64,000 nt of DNA from Aphanothece sp. CMT-3BRIN-NPC111 (GTDB lineage: Bacteria; Cyanobacteriota; Cyanobacteriia; Cyanobacteriales; JAHHGU01): the NCBI GenBank assembly GCA_019359765.1, contig JAHHGU010000013.1, positions 9,574 to 73,573 on the forward strand, read 5' to 3'. The notes under the pieces are model-generated. The model saw nothing but the letters and a program-made list of their open reading frames with translations. It did no database searches and was not told where the DNA came from. The position numbers were made by a program, and so were the translations under genes. This document shows, piece by piece, positions 47,679-56,900 of this stretch (positions are counted from its first letter, which is position 1; each line of letters begins with the position of its first letter).

Positions 47679-47830
47679 GTTTTTATATGAGCATACCCAA
47701 TATAAAATTGTACTTTATGACGGGGTTTTAGACCCAAATTTCTGATAATTTTTTGTAAAACTAACTCCCGGTGGGGCGGACGTGTTACGTTGTAAAAATA
47801 AGCTTCTCATCGGTCTGGGTGGTGTCAGCT

Positions 47831-48070
47831 ATGAGTTCACCAGAAATTTATAAAGGTTGGCTCATTGAAGCAAGACCAGTGTTCTGCGTTCAGGTTTGGA
47901 GCGCAGGTGGCGAATGCATTATTCCCGTCCACAACGCTAAGACGGAAGAAGAGGCATTGATTATGGCAAGATACTGGATCGATCTGCAAATGTCATCGGA
48001 AGCTGGGCTGCCGCAGGATAGTAATGATGACTTGCCCAGCGATTTTGACGACGATGATATTCCATTTTGA
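47831..48070 (+). CDS. Hypothetical small acidic-tailed protein
   Basis: MSSPEIYKGWLIEARPV...DFDDDDIPF. The internal ATG at 47831 is preferred over the GTG at 47771. Confidence 0.35.
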   Translation: MSSPEIYKGWLIEARPVFCVQVWSAGGECIIPVHNAKTEEEALIMARYWIDLQMSSEAGLPQDSNDDLPSDFDDDDIPF

Positions 48071-48138
48071 TGCGGGACTTTAGCTGAGCCATTACCGATA
48101 TGGGGTGGTTCTGGTAGCCTCTGTGGGGCGGCTATGTC

Positions 48139-48206
48139 AAACGATTTTAGATTGACCTTGCCCTGCATAGTGGGACGAGGCTTGAACCCAATTATCACGC
48201 CGTCAA
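48139..48206. repeat. Dispersed repeat, copy 2 (partner at 31929-31993)
   Basis: See copy 1. Confidence 0.6.
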
Positions 48207-48423
48207 TGGAGACGCTATCCTTCGTAGAAGGCGATCGCACTTTGACCATAAACAAAAAAGGTCTCATACCAAGTTGCAGCCAAAACTGTAATTTTCAGCA
48301 GAACGGCAGAATAAAACAAATTTAGGCTTCTAAATACAAATTGGTATCAAGCGCCTGACTTTTAGTCGTGGGGACAATTCCATTATCCTCTCATCCAAAA
48401 TTAGATGACGCTGGCAAAATCAA

Positions 48424-49446
48424 TTATGTCAGACTCTTGGTAGCTATCAAGTGATTTACGTCTAATTCATTTGCACAGGGTTTTCCCTGTTCTACATCAT
48501 AAATATTATTAATTGTGGTTTCAGCGATATTTTTGATAGCGTTTTTAGTCAAAAAAGCCTGATGTCCAGTAATAATGACGTTGGGAAATGTCAGCAGGCG
48601 TTGAAAAACATCATCTTGAATAACCGAATTAGACAAATCTTCAAAGAACAAATCGGTTTCTTGCTCATAGACATCTAAACCTAGATAGCCGATTTTACCT
48701 GACTTGAGTGCCTGAATAACAGCTTTTGTGTCAATAAGCCCTCCCCGGCTAGTATTAATCAGCATGACACCATCTTTCATCTGACTCAGCGCCTGAGCAT
48801 CTATGATGTGGTAAGTTTCCGGCATCAGTGGAGTATGAAGCGTGATGATATCAGAGGTAGCTAAAAGTTCAGGCAATGCTACATACTTGACACCCAAAGC
48901 TTCACATTCTGGGTTAGGAAAGGGGTCATAAGCCAGCAGGTGACACCCGAATCCTTTGAGAATATTGGCTACGATAAAGCCAATTTTGCCAGTACCGATA
49001 ATCCCCACGGTGCAGCTATGTAAGTCAAATCCTAAAAGTCCTTCTAGGGAAAAATTGCCTTCGCGGATGCGAGCATAAGCACGATGGATTTTGCGGTTGA
49101 GTGTCAGAATTAGCGCGATTGTATGTTCAGCAACTGCATAGGGTGAATAAGCTGGAACTCGCACAATTTTCATTCCTAGTTCAGCAGCAGCAGCCAGATC
49201 TACATTGTTATATCCAGCACAGCGCAGGGCAATTAAGCGAGTTCCGCCAGATGCCAATGCGCTCAAGGTCTGCTTATCCAGTTGGTCATTTACAAAAACA
49301 CATACGGCTGGAAATCCTGAAGCTAAAACACTTGTTTTACACGTCAAATGCGGTTCAAAGAAAGCCAACTCATGTTTATTTTCTGCATTAGCGGCTTCGA
49401 GAAACTGGCGATCGTAGGATTTGGTACTAAAAACAGCGACTTTCAT
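48424..49446 (-). CDS. ldhA: D-lactate dehydrogenase (D-2-hydroxyacid dehydrogenase)
   Basis: Collinear with E. coli LdhA as I recall it: [12 protein letters not shown]..., [14 protein letters not shown], and HQAFLT near the C-terminus. Confidence 0.85.
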   Translation of the reverse strand: MKVAVFSTKSYDRQFLEAANAENKHELAFFEPHLTCKTSVLASGFPAVCVFVNDQLDKQTLSALASGGTRLIALRCAGYNNVDLAAAAELGMKIVRVPAYSPYAVAEHTIALILTLNRKIHRAYARIREGNFSLEGLLGFDLHSCTVGIIGTGKIGFIVANILKGFGCHLLAYDPFPNPECEALGVKYVALPELLATSDIITLHTPLMPETYHIIDAQALSQMKDGVMLINTSRGGLIDTKAVIQALKSGKIGYLGLDVYEQETDLFFEDLSNSVIQDDVFQRLLTFPNVIITGHQAFLTKNAIKNIAETTINNIYDVEQGKPCANELDVNHLIATKSLT

Positions 49447-49641
49447 CGGCTTTTTCCTTTGTTTCAGAGTTATTTAAGAGTATTTCGGTAGGTTTTTATG
49501 GCTTGAGTTTAGCTTGGATCTTGGATGATCGCTTTCTTTACTCAGCTGGGGCAGTTGTTGCAGTAGACTCTGCGTTTGCAGATATGCTTGATAATCGGTG
49601 TTGTCCGTTGCGTCCATGCCAGCTGACGAATAGAAAAATAT

Positions 49642-50319
49642 ATGACCTTGATTTTAACTAACGATGATGGAATCGACGCCCCAGGCATCCGGGCGCTACA
49701 AAAGGCTATCAATGGCAAGGGCGTGTTTGTTGCTCCTCAAACAGAATGGTCGGGGTGTGGTCATCGGGTGACGACGACTAAACCGATTCCAGTCCAGTGC
49801 CGCTCAGATGTTGAGTATGCCGTTGGTGGCACCCCAGCTGATTGCGTTCGCCTTGCTGTTTCACATATTTGCAAAGATATCAAATACGTGCTTTCTGGCA
49901 TTAATCCTGGCGGCAACATGGGTGTTGATGTTTATATTTCCGGCACTGTTGCGGCTGTGCGCGAGGCAGCAATGCACGGTATTCCGGGAGTCGCGGTTTC
50001 TCACTATCGGAAAGGCAAACTAAATGTTGATTGGGATACTGCGGCACGTTGGACTGCTGGGGTGTTGGATGAGTTACTGGGCCGTCCGCTGGAACCGGGA
50101 AGCTTCTGGAATGTGAATCTGCCGCATCTGTTACCGGGAGATCCCGATCCGGAGGTGGTGTTTTGTAAACCATGTACGCAACCGTTGCCAGTCAACTACC
50201 GCATCGAAGGGGATGAGTTTTACTACGCGGGGGAATATGCAAAACGCGATCGCACCCCTGGAACCGATGTTGATGTCTGCTTCTCCGGTCATATCGCTGT
50301 AACTCAGCTGCGACTGTAA
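49642..50319 (+). CDS. surE: 5'/3'-nucleotidase SurE
   Basis: MTLILTNDDGIDAPGIRAL and GINPGGNMG. Confidence 0.85.
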   Translation: MTLILTNDDGIDAPGIRALQKAINGKGVFVAPQTEWSGCGHRVTTTKPIPVQCRSDVEYAVGGTPADCVRLAVSHICKDIKYVLSGINPGGNMGVDVYISGTVAAVREAAMHGIPGVAVSHYRKGKLNVDWDTAARWTAGVLDELLGRPLEPGSFWNVNLPHLLPGDPDPEVVFCKPCTQPLPVNYRIEGDEFYYAGEYAKRDRTPGTDVDVCFSGHIAVTQLRL

Positions 50320-50401
50320 GATAACTAAGGAGATCTCTCTCCTATTTCGCCAAAGTCGTGATGCGAAAATACCAGCTTACAAAGAAGGAGAATGCAGCCA
50401 A

Positions 50402-51343
50402 GTGCGAATCTTAATAATGGGCGGAACCCGTTTCATTGGGGTTTATCTAACTAAAATTTTGGTAGAACAAGGGCATGAAGTTGTACTATTTAATCGCGGT
50501 AATAAGCCTGCACCAGTTGAGGGTGTAAAACAAATTCATGGCGATCGCACTGACGCATCCCAACTAAAAGAAAAATTATCCCCAGAACACTTTGACGCCA
50601 TATTTGACAACAATGGTCGCGAACTAAGTGATACTCAACCATTGGCTGAGATTTTTAAAGACCGAGTGCAGCATTTTGTCTACATGAGTTCTGCTGGGGT
50701 TTATCTAAAATCAGACCAACTTCCCCATATAGAAGGCGATGCTGTTGATCCTAAGAGTCGTCACAAGGGTAAACATGAAACTGAAGCTTATCTAGCAGAA
50801 CAGGGATTACCCTTTACCTCGATTCGCCCTACTTATATATATGGCCCCCAGAACTATAACGATCTGGAAGCTTGGTTTTTTGACCGCATTGTGCGCGATC
50901 GCCCCATCCCCATACCCGGCAATGGAATGCACATCACCCAATTTGGTCATGTTAAAGACTTAGCCACTGCTATGGCAAATGTTTTGGGAAACTCCCAAGC
51001 AGTAGGGCAGATTTATAATGTGTCAGGCGATCGCTATGTCACCTTTGATGGTTTGGCGCGTGCTTGTGCCGAAGCTGCTGGTAAGCCCGCTGACTCTTTG
51101 CAACTTGTGCATTACGACCCGAAAAAGTTTGATTTTGGCAAGCGTAAAGCCTTCCCTTTGCGAGTCCAGCATTTCTTTGCTTCAGTCGATAAAGCTGTAA
51201 CCCAACTTGATTGGCACCCCCAATACGACTTGTTGGGTGGTCTGAAAGACTCGTTCCAGAATGATTACCTTGCCTCTAATCGTGACAAAGCTGAGGTAGA
51301 TTTCTCAATGGATGATGAGATTTTGCAAGCAGTCCCAGGTTAA
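50402..51343 (+). CDS. NAD-dependent epimerase/dehydratase family protein (CSP41-like)
   Basis: MRILIMGGTRFIGVYL Rossmann motif, 313 aa. Confidence 0.7.
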   Translation: MRILIMGGTRFIGVYLTKILVEQGHEVVLFNRGNKPAPVEGVKQIHGDRTDASQLKEKLSPEHFDAIFDNNGRELSDTQPLAEIFKDRVQHFVYMSSAGVYLKSDQLPHIEGDAVDPKSRHKGKHETEAYLAEQGLPFTSIRPTYIYGPQNYNDLEAWFFDRIVRDRPIPIPGNGMHITQFGHVKDLATAMANVLGNSQAVGQIYNVSGDRYVTFDGLARACAEAAGKPADSLQLVHYDPKKFDFGKRKAFPLRVQHFFASVDKAVTQLDWHPQYDLLGGLKDSFQNDYLASNRDKAEVDFSMDDEILQAVPG

Positions 51344-51424
51344 TTAATAGCTGCTAAATGCTAAAAAACAGTCAAATCAACACCAGCAATGGGTGGCTTG
51401 TTTTAGGTTCAATTTGCAACCAGC

Positions 51425-51955
51425 TTAAGCATTTTCCCTAGTTGGATATTGAGGCCACAAGTAGATTGCTCCAGAAACCAAGGTGAAGGCGACAGAAATC
51501 CAAAAAGCAACGAGAGATAGGATTATCCACGCATCAGGCAGGGGGGCGATCAGAAGTGCGATCGCCGCAATTTGACTTATTGTTTTCAGCTTGCCCCAAA
51601 GATTAGCTCCCACAATCACCGTTTGGTTGACACGCCAGCCGGCGATCGCCAATTCTCGCGCCAAAATTAGAAAAACGCCCCAAGCTGGCACTTGACCTAA
51701 CTCAACCAGCGCCAGTAGGGGGGCCAGCACCAACAACTTATCTACTAACGGGTCAAGAAACTTGCCCAAATCGCTAATCTGGTTGAGTTTGCGAGCCAGA
51801 TAGCCATCTAACCAATCTGTCGCGGAGGCAACAAAAAAAATCGCCAAACAAACCCAGCGAGAAGCAGGCGTGGGGTTGTTCAAACCGTAAAGCAGTATGG
51901 GCAAAGCCAGCAGACGTGATAGGGTGATCCAATTGGGCAGCGTCATTTGATGCAA
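51425..51955 (-). CDS. pgsA: CDP-diacylglycerol--glycerol-3-phosphate 3-phosphatidyltransferase
   Basis: CDP-alcohol phosphatidyltransferase motif DWLDGYLARKLNQISDLGKFLDPLVDK. Confidence 0.85.
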   Translation of the reverse strand: MHQMTLPNWITLSRLLALPILLYGLNNPTPASRWVCLAIFFVASATDWLDGYLARKLNQISDLGKFLDPLVDKLLVLAPLLALVELGQVPAWGVFLILARELAIAGWRVNQTVIVGANLWGKLKTISQIAAIALLIAPLPDAWIILSLVAFWISVAFTLVSGAIYLWPQYPTRENA

Positions 51956-52167
51956 GGATGCAAGGATTTAGGATTGTCCCCACGGCACCGAAGCCGGGGG
52001 CTTGAGACCTATGTGTGTTTTTGGCCCTAGCAATTTATACCAAGTTGCGGTCAAACGCACAAATACAGCTGTTGGCGACTTGATGAAATACACCAGACGG
52101 ACATCACTTATTGATCTACAATCCTTATCTTTAACAAAGTGCTTAATCACTTTGTGCATCCTTGACG

Positions 52168-53634
52168 CTAACTTCCTACAGCTGCTTCTAACTTTTGCAA
52201 ATTGGCAGAGGAGCGAGGCGGTAATAAGCATCCCTCTCGCAATTCCTGTACGCTACCTTTAACAGCCTGAATTATGTAGTCAAGATCTTCATCTGTATGG
52301 GCAGTGGATAGGAAACCGCCACCGTTTCGTAGGAGGATTCCCCTGTCAACGAGGTGATAGTATAACAAGTCCATCCCCGCTGAGCCTTCATTTTCCGAAG
52401 AGGCAGAATTTTCAGAAGCAGCAGGGCCAAAAAGTGAACCAAAATTCACCATGCGGATAGGCACTTCGTCTTCTTGAAAGTAAGTATTCAGTGTTTCAAT
52501 AAACTGCGATGTGCGTTGATTCAACTGCTGTTGAAGAGCAGAACCCTGAGTTTTTAGATGCTTCAGTACAGCCCGTGCAGCAGCCATTGCTAGCGGATGC
52601 TTGCAAAAGGTGCCTGCAAAAAAGGTTGTTTTTACCTGAGGATAGGATGCATCTCCATAGTTCCACATCCCGCCGTCGATTCTATCCATATAACTAGCTT
52701 TGCCAGCAACGATTCCAATCGGCATACCACCGCCAACAATTTTTCCGTATGTTGCTATGTCTGCTTCAATGCCAAACCATGCCTGCGCTCCTCCCGGATG
52801 AATGCGGAATCCGCTAACCATTTCATCGAAGATTAATGCTATCCCTGATTCTTTTGTTAATTGCCTTAGTTGCTGGAGAAAAGCTTTGGGCTGGAAGTCT
52901 ATTCTGCTGCTCTGCACGGGTTCAACTAAAACAGCTGCTAATTCATGTTCATGCGCTTTTATCGCCTCCAAGGACTGAGGATTGCCATAATCTAAAACCA
53001 AAATATCTGCAACAAGATTTGACGTTATGCCTGGGGCAAGTGGTACTGGATTTGGATAGTCGTCTACAGCCTTTGCTTTAACTAAAGTTCCATCAAAATG
53101 CCCATGATAAGAACCTGAAAATAGGGCAATTTTATTACGACCTGTTGCTGCTCGTGCCAGTCGTAACGCCGTCATCACGGCTTCTGTGCCTGTATTACTA
53201 AAGGCTACTCGCTCCATCCCCGTTAGTTCAGAAATCAACTGGGCAACCTCACCAGCTAATTCAGCTTGTGGGCCAATTTGTATACCTAGATCGAGTTGCT
53301 CTTCTAGGGCTTCTTTGATAAAAGATGGATTGTGACCAAAGAGATTTACGCCATAACCCATTGTGACATCGATATATTCATTACCATCGACATCCCATAT
53401 TTTGGAGCCGAGCGATCGCTTGGCCACAATTGGGTAGAACATTTCCTTGAGATGAAAATTGAAACCTACAAAGGTCTTGTTGTCAGCTATAACTGGGCGA
53501 TAGGTTTGTGCAAGTTGCTTTGATGTTTTTGTGCGCTTGGTATAGCGTTCGGTTAATCTCTGCAAATGCTGCTGCTGACGAATATTTATGCTACTTGTGG
53601 TTTCAGGCTGGGAAGGCATTTTTTTTGTACTCAT
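52168..53634 (-). CDS. Class-III (GSA-aminomutase-like) PLP aminotransferase, stand-alone, associated with the NRPS cluster
   Basis: FSNTGTEAVMTALRLAR, SGSYHG, and the PLP-lysine region ATYGKIVGGGMPIG. Confidence 0.8.
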   Translation of the reverse strand: MSTKKMPSQPETTSSINIRQQQHLQRLTERYTKRTKTSKQLAQTYRPVIADNKTFVGFNFHLKEMFYPIVAKRSLGSKIWDVDGNEYIDVTMGYGVNLFGHNPSFIKEALEEQLDLGIQIGPQAELAGEVAQLISELTGMERVAFSNTGTEAVMTALRLARAATGRNKIALFSGSYHGHFDGTLVKAKAVDDYPNPVPLAPGITSNLVADILVLDYGNPQSLEAIKAHEHELAAVLVEPVQSSRIDFQPKAFLQQLRQLTKESGIALIFDEMVSGFRIHPGGAQAWFGIEADIATYGKIVGGGMPIGIVAGKASYMDRIDGGMWNYGDASYPQVKTTFFAGTFCKHPLAMAAARAVLKHLKTQGSALQQQLNQRTSQFIETLNTYFQEDEVPIRMVNFGSLFGPAASENSASSENEGSAGMDLLYYHLVDRGILLRNGGGFLSTAHTDEDLDYIIQAVKGSVQELREGCLLPPRSSANLQKLEAAVGS

Positions 53635-53949
53635 GATGCTTTTTAGTGAAATGTTTGTTTTGAGGAAACGGCAAATGTAGCACTACTATTTGAGTTGTGA
53701 AAATTATTTGCTTGATTGAACCGCACTAGACGCAAAGGACGCTAACGGTACTTAGACAAAAACTAAGGTAAAAATGGCTTCAAACATATATCGAGAAAGA
53801 CTTTTAGCTCGAATTGGCATGAATCTAGTATTTACAAGGGTTTCAGACATTTTTTTGTAATCCACCTCTTTCCCTTGCTCAGAGAGAGTTTCAGCCCCTT
53901 TAGGGGCTAGAAAATGCCTAAGTCCCGCTAAGAAAGAAAGAGACAATTT

Positions 53950-56900
53950 CTACGAGGGGTATTTAAGTTCAATTTCCGATGTTGGGGTATGTAGGAAAGA
54001 GTTATCAATTAGGTATGAGAAGTAGGTACGAAGCAACTCAACATTTACTGGCGGACAGACTATAGAAGTACCTGCAAGTCCATTGAGTGTATTTTGGCAA
54101 TCGAACTTTAGCTCTGCTGAGTTAGACGTTGGCTCTTCGGATACCTTTTGAGAAACAACAGGCAAAAGGGGATACAATGCGTTTGAGGGCGATCGCTCTG
54201 CGACTTTGAGCAGCTCTGTTTGCCACTCGTTCTCTGAAATTTGCTGAAGTGGGTAGCCAAAAGTACAAATCCAACTAACAAACTCGTTCCACTGGGCGGG
54301 GTTAGGATTAACTAAGTGAAATGTTTTCCCCAGGGATTCTTGCTGCTTGGATAAATGAACAATTGCTTGGCTGACATAATCTACAGGCATTATGTTCACC
54401 ATCGCGTTACGCTTTGGGGCGCTTCCAAGTTGGATACAGCCTTTGATTGTTCTGAATGTATGATCATCTGGATTACAGGCACCAGTTTTGCTGTGTCCTG
54501 CTACACGTCCTGGCCTGTAAATAGATACAGGAAGTCCGCGATCGCCGGCAATATTTACTAACTTTTCCGCAACCCATTTACTCTGAATGTAGCCACCCTC
54601 AAGCACTTCATGAGCATCAGCACAATACTGTTCTCGTATTAGCGTAATGTCATTATTGCCTGCTGGGACGGCAACGCTGGTGCTAGAAATGAAATGCACA
54701 GGCTTGATTTTGAGTTGGCTTGCCAATCTTAAAATTTCCTGCGTTCCTAGCACGTTGGCAGCCTTTAGAACAGAATAGGGAAAAGTAAAATTAACAAACG
54801 CACCATTGTGATAAATGGCATCAATTATACTAGCCATCTCCCTAAACTGCTGCTCTGAAAGCCCCAACAGTGGCTTAGACAGTTCCCCGATCACAGGGAT
54901 AATTCGAGATTGAAAAGATTCATTCCAGATAGAATAAAGTTCTAAGCTGCTTTGAATCTTTTGTTTGCCTAACTCAGCATTTGAGGCGCGTACTAGGCAA
55001 TAGATATCTGCCTGACTTTGCTGGAGAAGTTCATAAAGTAAAAAAGATCCTAGAAAGCCTGTTGCTCCTGTCAATAAGATAGCCGTTGGTTCTGTGGTAT
55101 GCCTATAAAATAGGGATTTAGGACAAATTGTGGGATCTAAGACAGCTTCGGCGTTTAAATCGACAGCAGTATCTGAAGCAATCTTCTCAGAAGATTTTGT
55201 CTGATGAGCATTCTCAATACTTTCTGCCAAGGCAGCTATAGTAGGTGCTTCAAACAAACTGCGTAAAGGCAATTCTACTTGGAAAGCTTCACGCACTTTG
55301 GCAAGCAGCTGAGTCACTAACAGCGAGTGTCCCCCCAGATCGAAGAAGTTGTCGTGAATTCCTATCTTTTCAAGACCAAGAACTTTCATCCAGATTTCTG
55401 TTAGTGCTTCTTCAACTGGGGTGCGAGGCGCTACAAAAGTTTCCGCTAACTCAGGGCGCGTGTGGTCTGGTGTTGGCAGCGCTTGACGGTCTACTTTCCC
55501 GTTTGGCGTCAAAGGTAAGGTTTTCAAGACTATGAAAGCCGATGGCATCATGTACTCAGGCAACTTTTCCTTGAGGAAGTTCCTGATTTCATTGATGTTG
55601 GGTGTTTGACGAGGAACTATATAAGCTACCAAACGAGCATTTCCTGGTTCGTCCTCTCGAACTACAACGACAGCTTCCCGTATTAATTGATGTTGGCTAA
55701 GTAAGGCTTCAATTTCTCCTAATTCAATACGGTAGCCTCGAATTTTTACCTGATGGTCAATCCGTCCGATAAACTCGATGTTTCCATCGGGGAGGTAACG
55801 CGCCGTATCACCTGTTTTGTAAAGACGCGATCGCGGTTGGTCACAGAAAGGGTTGGGAATAAATTTTTCTTGAGTCAGTTCAGGACGATTCAAATAGCCC
55901 CGTGCTAAAGATGCGCCGCCGATATATAGTTCCCCTGGAACCCCGATAGGAACAGGTTGTAGATGTTTATCTAGTAAATAAATCTGTGTATTGGGAATTG
56001 GGCGACCTAATGGAACTGTCTCACCTACTCGATTTTGGACTTGATAGGTCAGAACACCAACAGTTGCTTCTGTAGGGCCATAGTGGTTAAAAATGAGGCA
56101 CTGCGGCGAGTGTTTCTGGATTTGCTCGATTAAATCCCAACTAGCCGTTTCGCCACCAAGGATTAATCGTTGCTGAGGTAAGATGTCGCTGGCGTAGGAG
56201 GATGCTAATAAAGCTTTCAGGTGAGAAGGAACAATTTTTAGGCAATCAATGGGATGGCGACGACAGTAATCTGCTAGTGCTTCAGGATCGGCAGCACGTT
56301 CTGAGGAGACTATATGAAGGCATCCACCTGTAGATAAGGAAGAAAAGATCGCTGTATTGCCTAAATCAGCAGCAAAGGTGGAGACTATCGCAAAGCTTGC
56401 ACCAAGGGGCAGGTCTAATCTTTCAAGGATACCGTCAAGGTAATTGAGAAGCTGTTGATGTTCAACGGCGACTCCTTTAGGTTTGCCTGTTGAGCCAGAA
56501 GTGTAGATTGTATAGGCTAAGTTTTTGGGTATTACGTTGCTAGATGGATTCTCGGTGTTTTGTTGAGCAATAACATCCCAATCTGTATCTAGATAAACTA
56601 TCTGCGTTGCCTGTTCGGGAAGTTCCTTGACTAGCTGGTTGTGGGTTAACAAAATTGGGGCTTGGGCATCTTGTAACCGAAAAGCTATACTTTGTGCTGG
56701 TAAGGCGGGGTCTATTGGTAGGTAAGCGCCACCTGCTTTGAGGATGCCGAGAATGCCAACGAGTATATCAAGAGATCGCTCTAGGCAAATTCCCACCAGC
56801 ACCTCTGGTTTTACTCCCAGTTTTTGCAAGTGATGGGCAAGTTGATTGGCACGTGCATTTAGTTCCGCATAGGTGAGTTGCCGATCTTCAAAGACAACGG

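Noticed and set aside
49474-49617. A 47-codon minus-strand ORF (MDATDNTDYQAYLQ...) lies between surE and ldhA.
   Set aside because: It lies in the divergent promoter region, has no ribosome-binding site or motif, and I cannot support it from sequence alone.
53752-53946. A 64-aa ORF lies between the NRPS and the aminotransferase; I considered it as a possible MbtH-like protein.
   Set aside because: It has no MbtH signature (no conserved Trp/Pro pattern) and a hydrophobic, odd composition. The region contains the AGCCCC-TTTA-GGGGCT hairpin and looks intergenic.
56353-56376. On a first pass, the second NRPS A domain seemed to lack Asp235 (F-A-A-D-L-G aligned directly to F-D-A-S-V-W). That would suggest a substrate without an alpha-amino group.
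   Set aside because: I re-anchored the alignment on the downstream conserved stretch (GrsA ...ALLTGASLYI versus ...SSLSTGGCLHI). This shifts the register by two residues and places D of AAD at position 235. The resulting code, DLTKIGHVGK, is Asp-like. It still needs software confirmation.
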